The notes under the pieces: generated by a model
Told to the model about the DNA's origin: nothing
The model's input: the letters and a program-made list of their open reading frames with translations, nothing else
The model's database searches: none
Source: a virus
Lineage: Duplodnaviria; Caudoviricetes
Length of the DNA: 52,354 nt
IMG/VR virus record: IMGVR_UViG_3300032322_001410
Coordinates: 1-52,354 of that record
Strand: one strand, 5' to 3'
Shown: in pieces, positions 18,635-29,100 of the stretch
Numbering within the stretch: the first letter of the stretch is position 1
Layout: each line of letters opens with the position of its first letter
Program-made: the position numbers and the translations under genes

Positions 18635-20530
18635 TTAAGCGGCTTCCGCTTCTTTTGTCTCTACATCGACTACACCATCATCTTTTGATTTTGTAGCCTC
18701 TTTTTCAGCCTGTTCGGCTTCGTATTTTTTACCAGTGATTGGTCCAAGAGCCTGATACAAATCAGTTACAGACTTGTTGATGGCTTCAATGTCCTCACCT
18801 TTCATAGCCTCTTCAACTGCTTTTAGTGCATCATCAGCTTTTTGTTTTTCTTCGGCAGTAACTTGATCACCATATTTTTCAACATCTTGTTTAAATCCAT
18901 TGTATGTTGATTCGGCGCCATTTCTAGCATTAATGAGTTCTACTAGTTTTTTATCTGCTTCAGCGTTCTCTTCGGCTTCTTTGACCATACGTTCAATTTC
19001 ATTTTCAGTCAAGCCACTATCAGATTTAATGGTAATTTTATTTTCTTTACCAGTATTCTTATCTGTTGCACTGATATGCATAATGCCATTAGCATCAATA
19101 TCAAAAGTAACTTCGATTTGAGGCATACCTCTAGGTGCAGGAGCAATACCATCTAAATTAAACTCACCTAGTTGTTTGTTATACTTATAAAGTTCACGCT
19201 CTCCTTGAGCAACCTTAATAGTAACAGCAGATTGATTATCTGCCGCTGTACTAAACGTTTGGCTTGCTTTAGTAGGAATAGTTGTGTTCTTGTTAATAAC
19301 TTTTGTGAATACGCCACCTAGTGTTTCAATACCCAAACTTAATGGTGTTACATCAAGTAGTAAAACATCTTTACGATCACCTGCAAGAACTGCACCTTGC
19401 ACAGCAGCACCAACTGCAACAGCCTCATCAGGATTTACATCTTTGCGAGGGGCTTTCCCAAAAAGTTTTTCAACTTCTTCTTGAACCTTCGGCATACGTG
19501 TCATACCACCAACAAGAATAACCTCGTCAATGTCACTTGCATTAACACCAGCATCACTTAATGCAATTTTGCAAGGATCAATGCTACGTTGAATTAATTC
19601 TTCCACTAATGCTTCTAATTTAGCACGTGATACTTTTACATTAAGGTGTTTTGGTCCTGTTGCGTCAGCAGTGATATATGGAAGATTTACATCAGTTTGT
19701 GCTGAGTTTGATAATTCAATTTTACATTTTTCAGCAGCATCCTTTAAACGCTGTAATGCAAGAACATCTTTGGTTAGATCAACACCTGTTTCTTTTTTAA
19801 ATTCATCGACCAAATAATCCATTATACGTTGATCAAAATCTTCACCACCTAGGAACGTATCACCATTAGTTGATAGAACTTCAATTTGTTTTTCTCCGTC
19901 GACGTTGGCGATTTCAATAATACTGATATCAAATGTACCACCACCTAGGTCATATACAGCAACCTTTCGGTCTTTCTTGTCCTGCTTATCTACCCCATAT
20001 GCTAGTGCAGCAGCAGTAGGTTCGTTAATAATACGTAGTACCTCTAAACCGGCAATTTTGCCTGCGTCTTTAGTTGCTTGTCTTTGACTATCATTAAAGT
20101 AAGCTGGTACTGTAATAACTGCTTGAGTAACTTCCGTACCCAAATAATCTTCGGCAGTCTTTTTCATTTTACGCAAAACTTCCGCACTAATCTGCGGTGG
20201 TGCATATTTCTTATCATCAACTTGTACCCATGCATCACCATTAGAATTTTCAATAATAGTATAAGGCATTAGGTCAATGTCTTTTTGCACTGCGTTTTCT
20301 TTAAACTTGCGACCAATAAGTCTCTTTGAAGCATAAATTGTATTTTTTGGATTCGTGACTGCTTGGCGCTTTGCACTAGCACCAACTAAGATTTCTTCTG
20401 GTGTATAGGCAACGATTGAAGGAGTAGTTCTTGCACCTTCGCTGTTTTCAATTACTTTGGGATTTCCGTTTTCAATAACGGCTACGCATGAATTTGTGGT
20501 ACCCAAATCGATACCGATGACTTTGCTCAT
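18635..20530 (-). CDS. dnaK: molecular chaperone DnaK
   Basis: [33 protein letters not shown] linker; full length 631 aa. Confidence 0.98.
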   Translation of the reverse strand: MSKVIGIDLGTTNSCVAVIENGNPKVIENSEGARTTPSIVAYTPEEILVGASAKRQAVTNPKNTIYASKRLIGRKFKENAVQKDIDLMPYTIIENSNGDAWVQVDDKKYAPPQISAEVLRKMKKTAEDYLGTEVTQAVITVPAYFNDSQRQATKDAGKIAGLEVLRIINEPTAAALAYGVDKQDKKDRKVAVYDLGGGTFDISIIEIANVDGEKQIEVLSTNGDTFLGGEDFDQRIMDYLVDEFKKETGVDLTKDVLALQRLKDAAEKCKIELSNSAQTDVNLPYITADATGPKHLNVKVSRAKLEALVEELIQRSIDPCKIALSDAGVNASDIDEVILVGGMTRMPKVQEEVEKLFGKAPRKDVNPDEAVAVGAAVQGAVLAGDRKDVLLLDVTPLSLGIETLGGVFTKVINKNTTIPTKASQTFSTAADNQSAVTIKVAQGERELYKYNKQLGEFNLDGIAPAPRGMPQIEVTFDIDANGIMHISATDKNTGKENKITIKSDSGLTENEIERMVKEAEENAEADKKLVELINARNGAESTYNGFKQDVEKYGDQVTAEEKQKADDALKAVEEAMKGEDIEAINKSVTDLYQALGPITGKKYEAEQAEKEATKSKDDGVVDVETKEAEAA

Positions 20531-20599
20531 ATTGTTTTCTCCTTAAATTAAGCAAGATTTATACTTAGACCTACATTGTATAGCGTCTAAGTTTATTTA
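20531..20599 (-). promoter_or_regulatory. TAAATA element plus ROSE-like thermometer in the dnaK leader
   Basis: TAAATA, ACUUAGAC/GUCUAAGU hairpin, then UCUU(G)CUUA-AUU-UAAGGAGA. Confidence 0.65.
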
Positions 20600-20640
20600 T
20601 GTAGTATAGCTCACTACGTAAAATATTTGTATATTTTTGG

Positions 20641-20862
20641 TTAAAATTCTTTTGGTGGTAATTGCTGTGCTTCTATGTATTTTTTCCAACGGTGAATCGC
20701 TTTACTTTTTTTGGTTTTGCGTTTGATAGTAGGTTTGACGAATTCCATGCGCTCCTTAACTTCTTGGAGAACACCCAAGTCTGTTACCTTCTTTTTGAGT
20801 TTTCTTAAAGCTTTTTCGATATTTCCATCTGTTACTAAAACTTTACGTCCTTTTATCGTCAT
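20641..20862 (-). CDS. rpsU: ribosomal protein bS21
   Basis: NIEKALRKLKKKV...GVLQEVKER.EF.KP..KR. Confidence 0.88.
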   Translation of the reverse strand: MTIKGRKVLVTDGNIEKALRKLKKKVTDLGVLQEVKERMEFVKPTIKRKTKKSKAIHRWKKYIEAQQLPPKEF

Positions 20863-22058
20863 AATAATTTTTTGGGTTCAATTACCTGCTCCTTATCTAT
20901 ATTTAGTAGTTTGATCTTATTTTTCTTATAGGTGCGGGCATGGAACATATGAATCATTAGGACTCGTTCTATTTCAGTATGGAGGCCTCTAGCCCCTGTT
21001 TTTAAATTTAGTGTGTTTTCTGCTATTTGCTCCAACGCTTCTTTTGTAAAGGTTAGTTCTATGTCATCTAGCTTGAAAAGATACTTATATTGACTAATGT
21101 AATTATTTTTTACATCTGTTAGGATTTGTATTAGTTGTTCTTTGGTTAATTCACTTATACTTACAGTAGTTGTGAATCTTCCGATAAATTCAGGAATCAT
21201 GCCAAACTTAGTCAAGTCATCCGGAGTTACTTTACTTAAATCTCCTTCTAGTTTAGTGTCTTTAATGTTTGCACTAAACCCAATACTGGTGCCAGTCAGT
21301 CTAGTACCAATTAAATCTTTTAGACCAACAAAGGCACCGCCGGCTATGAACAAAATATTTTTTGTATCAATTTCGTTAACGTCGCTACCGGGGTGCTTAC
21401 GCATACCAGATAAGGACACTCGACAAGTTGTACCTTCTACTAGCTTCAGTAAGGCTTGTTGTACTCCCTCACCACTAACATCTCTTGTGATGCTAGTGCT
21501 TTCACCTTTTCTGGCAATCTTGTCAATCTCATCAATAAAAATAATACCACGTTCTGCAAGATTTTTATCCCCGCCGGCTGCATTGACAAGCATGGTGATC
21601 ATACTTTCAACATCATCACCTACGTACCCTGCCTCAGTTAAACTTGTTGCATCCGCTACTACAAAAGGAACTTTTAAATATTTGGCAGCAGTTTTAGCAA
21701 GTAACGTTTTACCAGATCCAGTGGGACCTACAATTAGTACGTTACCTTTTTGTATATCTAAATCTTTTGGTGGATTAGTAATACGCTTGTAATGATTTGC
21801 AATTGCAACACTTAATACAGTTTTTGCGTCACTCTGACCAATCACATGTTGATCTAAATAATCCTTGATAGCTATAGGATCGTATTCAACCTGTTCTTTG
21901 GTAGAATCCTCATAATCTTCATCAATAATAAGTTCTTGACAAAGTTCAACACAGTCACTACAAATAGCGACTGCGCCTCCAACTACTAATTTCTTAACAT
22001 TGTCTTTGTGCGAACCACAAAAACTGCAATGATTAACCTGTTTAGTTTCTTCTGTCAT
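20859..22058 (-). CDS. clpX: Clp protease ATP-binding subunit ClpX
   Basis: CSFC..ICxxC zinc finger, GPTGSGKT, GYVG, DEIDK, RDVSGEGVQQ, RKH and IGF loops. Confidence 0.97.
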   Translation of the reverse strand: MTEETKQVNHCSFCGSHKDNVKKLVVGGAVAICSDCVELCQELIIDEDYEDSTKEQVEYDPIAIKDYLDQHVIGQSDAKTVLSVAIANHYKRITNPPKDLDIQKGNVLIVGPTGSGKTLLAKTAAKYLKVPFVVADATSLTEAGYVGDDVESMITMLVNAAGGDKNLAERGIIFIDEIDKIARKGESTSITRDVSGEGVQQALLKLVEGTTCRVSLSGMRKHPGSDVNEIDTKNILFIAGGAFVGLKDLIGTRLTGTSIGFSANIKDTKLEGDLSKVTPDDLTKFGMIPEFIGRFTTTVSISELTKEQLIQILTDVKNNYISQYKYLFKLDDIELTFTKEALEQIAENTLNLKTGARGLHTEIERVLMIHMFHARTYKKNKIKLLNIDKEQVIEPKKLL

Positions 22059-22078
22059 TTATTATACTTATCAATAAT

Positions 22079-23098
22079 TTATGATTGTAAATTATTACAA
22101 CCCCCGCGTCTATATGTTAGGTTAATTTTTGTTGATTTTTTAAATGATTCGATATTGGTATTGTTGTTTGGAATTTTAAATTGTATCGCATCTCTATCTT
22201 TCTCATTCCCACGTATGACATAAGGAGATCGTTTATCACTATTGTCATTAAACAAGCCTACAAAAACCATTGGATTGGAACAACTTGTATAAACTTTGTT
22301 ATTTCGCTCATCGACAAGTGATGCGTCTACTGTTATCTTACCTACAAATGTATTTTTAATAAAGTTTGCCCTACGGTCATCATTGAAATAATAACCATCA
22401 GTTGATCCAATAAAACTATCCCTTGGGTTGCTTTGAATAAAAATTGAATGTTGTTGAATTTCCTTTGATTTAGGATCCGATGTTTTTGCTAAAGCCTCAT
22501 TCAATGCCTTTAAATATTTTTGATTCCATTCAAGTTCGTAATATACAGTAAGAATCGAATCACGGTTAGAATTTAAATTATATTCATGACCTGTGACTTT
22601 AATATTAAATGCACGTTCAGGATAGTTATGCAATAGGCTTTTCAATAATTGGTCACCGCTCTCCATATGATCAATATAAGATTCAAACTGAGTAGCATAT
22701 TGATCGCCGTTTACAGATACCTTGTCAGTAAATTTTCCTAAGATTCTATCTTGAATTTTACTGTCTGCAACACGCACTAACATTTCTAAAGAGATTTTTT
22801 TCCCTTCTACCTTTTGATTGAGAATTTGGTAATCATCGACGTAGCCTGCACTATAATTAATAATTTCATTTTTTACTACGTTTTGATTTTTTACTTCCTT
22901 TTCTGAAACTAGAAGTAAACCAACAACATCTTCAATCGCATTTTGAAAACACCGCTTTTTAGCGTTATCTAATGTGTCACCTGTACAATGTACAACAACG
23001 GGAGTATTTTTAATACTCCCTGAAGTTTTAGTGTTTCCCCCAACAGTCGAACATGCTGAGAGAAAACACATAAAACTTAAAATAATGGCCTTATTCAT
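22079..23098 (-). CDS. lipoprotein of unknown function
   Basis: Lipobox LSAC after a short signal peptide. Confidence 0.7.
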   Translation of the reverse strand: MNKAIILSFMCFLSACSTVGGNTKTSGSIKNTPVVVHCTGDTLDNAKKRCFQNAIEDVVGLLLVSEKEVKNQNVVKNEIINYSAGYVDDYQILNQKVEGKKISLEMLVRVADSKIQDRILGKFTDKVSVNGDQYATQFESYIDHMESGDQLLKSLLHNYPERAFNIKVTGHEYNLNSNRDSILTVYYELEWNQKYLKALNEALAKTSDPKSKEIQQHSIFIQSNPRDSFIGSTDGYYFNDDRRANFIKNTFVGKITVDASLVDERNNKVYTSCSNPMVFVGLFNDNSDKRSPYVIRGNEKDRDAIQFKIPNNNTNIESFKKSTKINLTYRRGGCNNLQS

Positions 23099-23110
23099 AA
23101 AAGACCCCTA

Positions 23111-23767
23111 TTAAAACTTCAACATTTCGTTACGAATTTCTCTTGAAGTTGCTTGATCCTTTTTTGACCACTGATAGTATGCCACATAACTTTTACCATC
23201 ATCCTTTAGTGATTCACCAATTTTACGAACACCTACCAGTCGTCCAGATGATGTAACTGATTGCATAACATTAATTACTGTTTCATCAACAATTTTAGCA
23301 TTACGTTTTGCGGTGTTTGATTTCTGACTTTCTTCGCCGTTCTTAGATTTAACATCAGTGGATTCTAAACTATCACTATCGGTTTCGATTGTGCCATCGA
23401 CGGTTTTAAATTTATTACTAGTGATATCACTAGCTTGATCGATTGCACGGCTAATGATTCGTACTCTACGTTCGGTAGATACGTTTTTACCATGCACAAA
23501 TTTTACAAGTTTGTCCATAGCATCTGCTTCTGCAATAATATCGTGATTGCGCTTCCATGCTGGGCTTACACCAATCACTTCGATTCGGTCAAGTTGACCT
23601 GACATAGTGTAATAGATTTTGATACCTTCATCTCGAAATTCTGTAGAAATTTTAGTATCCTTAATTGGCGTAACAGCATCGACAGAAGGCTGTATACCTT
23701 TACCTGACATTGAACTGCAACCAACCATAACTGCTGAAAGTGCGATAACCAAAAGCTTGCGATTCAT
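23111..23767 (-). CDS. lipoprotein of unknown function
   Basis: MNRKLLVIALSAVMVGC lipobox; GAGG SD before ATG 23767. Confidence 0.75.
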   Translation of the reverse strand: MNRKLLVIALSAVMVGCSSMSGKGIQPSVDAVTPIKDTKISTEFRDEGIKIYYTMSGQLDRIEVIGVSPAWKRNHDIIAEADAMDKLVKFVHGKNVSTERRVRIISRAIDQASDITSNKFKTVDGTIETDSDSLESTDVKSKNGEESQKSNTAKRNAKIVDETVINVMQSVTSSGRLVGVRKIGESLKDDGKSYVAYYQWSKKDQATSREIRNEMLKF

Positions 23768-23799
23768 TTTATACCTCAAAAGTAAGTTGAAGAAATAGT

Positions 23800-23828
23800 A
23801 GTATATAATAGATTGGAATTTAGATCAA
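23800..23828 (-). promoter_or_regulatory. sigma70-type promoter TTGATC-N17-TATACT
   Basis: 17-nt spacer TAAATTCCAATCTATTA resembling the repeated promoter spacer. Confidence 0.6.
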
Positions 23829-23837
23829 CGGTTTTGG

Positions 23838-25448
23838 TTAACCATTTTGATTTTGGATAAACTTCTCGATTGCTAGTTGTTCGTTATCAGTAAGCATGTC
23901 CAAATCATATTCACCTGTTGCTATTTTGTTAACTAAAAATTGCAAATAGTCATTTGTTAAATGAGTTTCGGTAATGCCTCGATTTACCTCAATCCATCTG
24001 GCACCGTTGTATTTGAAAATTCTGTTTGGTGTAGCATCTACACGTACAAAGGTATCACTTGTTTTTGGGTTAGTAGGAAACTCTGTGCCAAAATTAGTGC
24101 TACTAGCACGTGCGCCATCCTCTTCTAAGAATAATTCAGGATTTAACGATTTTAGAACTGCAATGTGCATTGACTTGCCTTGATATTCTACAAAGTCACC
24201 TCCTGATTTTATGTATGGTAACACTTTCTTTTGTTGAAATGATGGGCCTGTTTGAACCCATTCTCCATTTTCATCTTTAACACCTTCGAAAGGAGGCCCA
24301 TCATCTTTTGCAATTGTTTCATCTGGTAATAAATTTTCAGTTTCTTCAACAACAGGCAATGGTTCTGGATCGACTGATTGATTTAACTCTGCTAAATCAC
24401 TAGCCATTTCTTCATGCACAGAATTTTCAATTTGTTGTATTTGATCTTCAGTTAATGGACCATCATCGGGTTGATAATTTGCAAGTTCATTGTTTGCTAA
24501 TTCTGCTCGATGTTGTTCATCCATTATGTCAATGGCTCTTGCAGCAAATTTTGCCCTATCAAAGAAGTCTTCCTCTGATTCAATGAATTCAGTTTGTGCA
24601 TCACCTAAGGCTTTGCCTTCTGCATTAGTTGGTGGTTCAGTTACTACATTTGTAGTAGATTCATCTTCGTTGTATAGCCAACCACCCTTACCTTCTTTAG
24701 CCCATTCTAGTTGTTTGTTACCTGCTAGAATTAAACACAATGCTAGCGGATCGAAAACAATAACAATAAGTATAATAACCCAACGTACAGCACGTTCAAG
24801 AACATTTTGGTCGGGATTGTCGCCGTATAATAAAGCTGCAATATATTTGATAGGTCCAACTTCTGCCTCTACCTTTCTAAATTCGGCTGCAAGAGGGGCA
24901 CGTTCTTCTTGCAACTTTTGAATTTCTTTTTGTGATTTTGCTATTTGTGCCTGTAACTCGTTACGTTCTTTTGTTTGATTCTTGCGGATACTTACTGCAC
25001 GTTCTGCACCACGTTCGGTATCACTGCGACCTAACATTTGGTCAACTTGTGCATTCATTTGTTCCATTGCTTTTTTAGCTTGTGCAATGTTTTCTTTTTC
25101 GGTTGCAATCTTCTCATCAAAAATCGCAACCTTACTCATTGCATCACCGCTTACTAAACTTTGATCACTGTGTGCTTTACTTAAGAAACCAAAGATACCC
25201 ATACTAGTCAATAGCATTAAGAATAGTACTGCAGGTATTAGATATAGTTTAAATGCTAAGTTAATTCGTTTCCAGTTATTATGTAACCAAACTGTGGCAA
25301 CTACTTTACCTAATTCAAGTGTCGCACCCATAATCACCACCGGTATTACAGCCGCGGCAAAAATAGCAGTAAGACCTGCAATAGAGTAATAAGCGGCTAC
25401 AGCACTTAACATAAGTGCTGTAAATAAAATTATGAATGCAAAAATCAT
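23838..25448 (-). CDS. membrane protein with periplasmic coiled coil and acidic C-terminus
   Basis: Three N-terminal TM segments, coiled coil, EVGPIKY, VIVFDPLA TM. Confidence 0.75.
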   Translation of the reverse strand: MIFAFIILFTALMLSAVAAYYSIAGLTAIFAAAVIPVVIMGATLELGKVVATVWLHNNWKRINLAFKLYLIPAVLFLMLLTSMGIFGFLSKAHSDQSLVSGDAMSKVAIFDEKIATEKENIAQAKKAMEQMNAQVDQMLGRSDTERGAERAVSIRKNQTKERNELQAQIAKSQKEIQKLQEERAPLAAEFRKVEAEVGPIKYIAALLYGDNPDQNVLERAVRWVIILIVIVFDPLALCLILAGNKQLEWAKEGKGGWLYNEDESTTNVVTEPPTNAEGKALGDAQTEFIESEEDFFDRAKFAARAIDIMDEQHRAELANNELANYQPDDGPLTEDQIQQIENSVHEEMASDLAELNQSVDPEPLPVVEETENLLPDETIAKDDGPPFEGVKDENGEWVQTGPSFQQKKVLPYIKSGGDFVEYQGKSMHIAVLKSLNPELFLEEDGARASSTNFGTEFPTNPKTSDTFVRVDATPNRIFKYNGARWIEVNRGITETHLTNDYLQFLVNKIATGEYDLDMLTDNEQLAIEKFIQNQNG

Positions 25449-25652
25449 ATGAAATATTATTTATCGTCTAACCCAAACATATGACCGTATGTGTTTACAA
25501 ACTCATTGTACGGCATAATTAGTTTTCTGGGTATTGTTTTTGGACCAGAGATATGATAAGTTATAAAAGGTACAATTTCTTCATTCAATTCTCTGTTTTT
25601 TATTTGTATAATTTCGAGTGATGATCCGTCCTCAAAAATATATTTTTTTCCT

Positions 25653-26282
25653 TTAAGGTCTTCCATTTTGTTCTTCTTTCTTTTCTTCTTCACTCATAAG
25701 ATTGTCGAATTCATCTTTAAGTTCTTGTAATGCTTCCTCTAAGACCTCTTCATTATTACGGTTAGATTCTAACTCCCAACGTGCTTGTCGCTCTTTACGT
25801 TGTTCTTCCTCTTTTATGCCTGCCTCTGTTAATTCTGTATCACTTTCGCAATATGGACAAACTTTTCGTGGATCCTCAATTTCGTTTCCTTCTTTATCTA
25901 TCCAAGACCATTCTGCATCGTAACCTTGACCAGTCCATTTACAGTTGGTGCATTTGTGTGTATGTGGTTCATCTTCAGGAGCAGTATACCAACTATTTTC
26001 ATCACCTAATTCATAGGTTACATCATAGCCACCTTTTCTTGATGTCCAATTATCATCGTATTGGTGTTCCCAATCAATGTCAATATCATTATCCCATGCA
26101 TCATTTACTACAGTTTCAACGTCAATATTACCCTCTTCAAGGTCAACTAACATTTGTGTGATTTCTTCTTCACTGAGATCAGGATAAATTTCTGATAAAA
26201 TATCTTCATCAATTTCATATGCAAATTGACTATCTACTTGATGCCATTCGTGTTTAACTATTGTTACCATCAGTCTCTCCAA
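25653..26282 (-). CDS. acidic protein with CxxC...CxxC zinc ribbon
   Basis: CTNC and CPYC in a 209-aa ORF. Confidence 0.7.
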   Translation of the reverse strand: MERLMVTIVKHEWHQVDSQFAYEIDEDILSEIYPDLSEEEITQMLVDLEEGNIDVETVVNDAWDNDIDIDWEHQYDDNWTSRKGGYDVTYELGDENSWYTAPEDEPHTHKCTNCKWTGQGYDAEWSWIDKEGNEIEDPRKVCPYCESDTELTEAGIKEEEQRKERQARWELESNRNNEEVLEEALQELKDEFDNLMSEEEKKEEQNGRP

Positions 26283-26445
26283 AAAGATATGCAGTCATTT
26301 TTCGTTCAGTAGTTTCTGGATTCTTCATTGCACATTCAATACATATTTGTTCATCGTTAGGACCATATGGTCTACACTCATCAATTATTCCACACAATTG
26401 ACAAACCTGTGGTAATTCTTCGGCAATGTATCCTCTACCACTCAT
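26254..26445 (-). CDS. small zinc-finger protein
   Basis: CQLC...RPYG...ICIEC. Confidence 0.7.
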   Translation of the reverse strand: MSGRGYIAEELPQVCQLCGIIDECRPYGPNDEQICIECAMKNPETTERKMTAYLFGETDGNNS

Positions 26446-26462
26446 AACTGATCCTTAAAATT

Positions 26463-26651
26463 TTATTCTAACACAAGATGACGATATAACATAAAGAATT
26501 GGAAAAGCCCAGTGATGAACATAAACAATGCCATGAAGTATTGAGTAAGAGAAACTGTATACCCATATACGTTATCTGTGAATATGCTGCCTAACCACAT
26601 ACCTGATAGCAACAAACTACTGATCCCTAAAATTATGTAAACATATGCCAT
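26463..26651 (-). CDS. small membrane protein
   Basis: Two TM segments. Confidence 0.55.
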   Translation of the reverse strand: MAYVYIILGISSLLLSGMWLGSIFTDNVYGYTVSLTQYFMALFMFITGLFQFFMLYRHLVLE

Positions 26652-26782
26652 AGGTTAAAAAAATCCTAAATAAATTAAACTTCCAACTAATGATGCAATT
26701 AGACCATTATTACCAAAAAATTTATGTGCTAATACACATTGTAGCGTAAAGTAAACCATGTATAATTGTAAAGATTCAACAC

Positions 26783-28114
26783 TCATTTGTCATCTCTAAA
26801 ACGTACAAAGCGAGGGAATCGCAAACTGTAACTACCGTCTTGATTCTGAGTAACAGCATCACACAAAATTTCTGCTGTACGCCCAATAATTAAAGATTGG
26901 TTAGCCCAATAATCGTCACGATCCTCATCACTAAAACCACTACCAACATTAACAGTAATATACTTACCATCATCTTCGCCCTCGCACACAAGTGCGCCTA
27001 GTCTGTCACTATTACGACCAGTGCCTTGTTCAATTGCAATAACAGTAAGATCCACAGTAATAGTTGGTTTCCATTTCATCCAAAAGGTATTACGTTTACA
27101 TTCATAAGGACTATCAATGTCCTTAATCATAATACCTTCATATCCTAAGTTGACCATATCTTTTGCATAACGATTAAGTTGATCATGACCTTCACCTAAA
27201 TCCAAATCAACCATTATGTGAGATAATAGTTCAACGTGTCTCATATTATCAATTATATGGCGAAGGTTTTCAAGTATTTCAATACGTTTATGTAATTGAG
27301 AATTCCAATAACCACGACGGAAATCATCTAGAGGAATAATATCAAAAACATGAAAAACACTATCCTCTGCCTTCACATTTTCTTTACGCCTTGCTTGACG
27401 CATTAATTGTTGAAAACTTGTACCTACTACTTCACCATCTAAAACGAATCCCGGTTTTAACAAACGCGGATATTTTTTAAATATATCTTTAATATTTCTT
27501 TCTACTTCTTCTTCAATATGGGTAAAATTCTCGAACAGTTTACCGTTGCGACTAAAACAAACTGTTGTACAACTTGTATCTGTGGGAATTACCATTAACA
27601 ACACACGTACACCGTCAAGCTTTGGCTCAAGGCGTTTTACTCCCTTCATTTCAGGACGACCTTCACTATTAGTAGCAAGTTGGCATCCGAAAGTAGGAAT
27701 TTCATAATCTGTTTTCTTGCAGATTTTATTTATTGTTTTGTCCGAAATACCCGCACGTAGGTCTCGTCTAAGTACAGGCGCCAAAAATGTATTCCATTCT
27801 TCACTATCAAAACGTTGGCTAATTTCAATAATGGCATCACGTGCGGCATGTCCAGTCAATCTACGTTGACTTAATTGCACCATTAACTCATTGAAATCTT
27901 CCCAAGGATTTTCTGCATTAGTAATACCTTCAGTGTTTGGGATTTGCTTTACACCAAATGTAACGTATGGGTTATAACAAGCTTTAGTAAAGCCTAAAAA
28001 AATCTTGCTATTGACACTTCCTAGTGTTGCCGCTTCAAGAGCTTGCAGGATAACGTCCTCTTTGTGTAAGCGGCTATCTGATTCATTGAGTTTGTGTATC
28101 CACGATGCAGACAT
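26783..28114 (-). CDS. ATP-dependent DNA ligase
   Basis: EPKLDGVR adenylation motif, LDGE, FDII, EGIMIK, KWK, VGSGF, SLRFPRF. Confidence 0.95.
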   Translation of the reverse strand: MSASWIHKLNESDSRLHKEDVILQALEAATLGSVNSKIFLGFTKACYNPYVTFGVKQIPNTEGITNAENPWEDFNELMVQLSQRRLTGHAARDAIIEISQRFDSEEWNTFLAPVLRRDLRAGISDKTINKICKKTDYEIPTFGCQLATNSEGRPEMKGVKRLEPKLDGVRVLLMVIPTDTSCTTVCFSRNGKLFENFTHIEEEVERNIKDIFKKYPRLLKPGFVLDGEVVGTSFQQLMRQARRKENVKAEDSVFHVFDIIPLDDFRRGYWNSQLHKRIEILENLRHIIDNMRHVELLSHIMVDLDLGEGHDQLNRYAKDMVNLGYEGIMIKDIDSPYECKRNTFWMKWKPTITVDLTVIAIEQGTGRNSDRLGALVCEGEDDGKYITVNVGSGFSDEDRDDYWANQSLIIGRTAEILCDAVTQNQDGSYSLRFPRFVRFRDDK

Positions 28115-28122
28115 ATTATTTC

Positions 28123-28533
28123 CTACCAACTTGAATTATAGAATACTTTTTGTCCTAGGAAAAGCCTAGACTTTGCCTCGTACACAAATTCAAGGTCTTG
28201 TGCTTTGTAATAATCATCACTATTACTACCAAAAAAGCATCCTGAAGTTGCAGGAAGATTTCCATTTCTAATATCTTTTTCCAACTGTACAATATCATCA
28301 AAGGTCAACTCAAGTTCAACACCGTTGAACATTGGATCATCAACATCATGTTGATTTGTTTTATCACGCCAAAGACGTTCCATCCAACCTTGCAGATTGG
28401 GATGTTTGCGCCAATATGCTAGTTCGATTGTGGGGTCAACTGCATCGGCATTACCACGCTCATATTTTTCTTCGTAGTATTCATCCTTTGCATTAGCCTT
28501 TGCTGCTGCGTATGCGTATTGGTCTAGTCCCAT
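28123..28533 (-). CDS. conserved hypothetical phage protein
   Basis: MGLD.Y...YWRKH..L.GW...FFG...Y.SSW family pattern. Confidence 0.8.
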   Translation of the reverse strand: MGLDQYAYAAAKANAKDEYYEEKYERGNADAVDPTIELAYWRKHPNLQGWMERLWRDKTNQHDVDDPMFNGVELELTFDDIVQLEKDIRNGNLPATSGCFFGSNSDDYYKAQDLEFVYEAKSRLFLGQKVFYNSSW

Positions 28534-28661
28534 TATTTTGCTCCTTCTGTTGCTATTTCTTTAGTTTTTTGTACACCGTTGTCTAGAATCTTAGCAATAC
28601 CTGTAAAGCCTACTGTTGCTACTACGATGCCAAAAATTGTTCCAAATATAAAGTTTTTCAA
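28533..28661 (-). CDS. 42-aa membrane peptide (below ORF-track cutoff)
   Basis: GAGGT SD, TTG start, MKNFIFGTIFGIVVATVGFTGIAKILDNGVQKTKEIATEGAK; overlaps both neighbours. Confidence 0.65.
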   Translation of the reverse strand: MKNFIFGTIFGIVVATVGFTGIAKILDNGVQKTKEIATEGAK

Positions 28662-28825
28662 AATACCACCTCACGGCAATCTTTGTCAAATAGTGCATTG
28701 TTCAATTGTGCTTCCAATGCATCTGCTCTTGTAGAATAATCGGACACTAAAATTTCTGCAAGTTTTTGCATGTCCGAGTTATTAAGGAATGCAATTTCAT
28801 TTGCAAGCAATTCGAGCTTATTCAT
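28658..28825 (-). CDS. 55-aa hypothetical protein (below cutoff)
   Basis: GGAGG SD, TAATG coupling, MNKLELLANEIAFL... Confidence 0.65.
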   Translation of the reverse strand: MNKLELLANEIAFLNNSDMQKLAEILVSDYSTRADALEAQLNNALFDKDCREVVF

Positions 28826-29100
28826 TATACCACCTCCAACATGTTTGCGGGCACTCGCCAGTTAGTAAAACCTGCATTTACAATCACATTTTTTGTTTTA
28901 ATTGAAGTAACCTTACCGAGTACATATTGACCAGTACGGCTGTTTACAAATTTAACATCACTGCCAATTGTAAGACTACGGCGATTTTGTTTGGTCAATT
29001 GTTCGCGGGCAAACTTAATGGACATTGCAATTGAACTAAGTTGGTCGTTAGTAAATTGACCTGAAATAATTGCTTGATTGATTTCATTAATAGTAGGCAT
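28825..29100 (-). CDS. small SH3/KOW-like protein
   Basis: L.IG..VKF.....G.V..IK.K.V.V.....WRVP...L. Confidence 0.6.
   Translation of the reverse strand: MPTINEINQAIISGQFTNDQLSSIAMSIKFAREQLTKQNRRSLTIGSDVKFVNSRTGQYVLGKVTSIKTKNVIVNAGFTNWRVPANMLEVV

Noticed and set aside
21142-21792. 216-aa plus-strand ORF within clpX, and similar ORFs within dnaK, 23838..25448 and polB
   Set aside because: Antisense shadows of well-supported genes, no independent signals.
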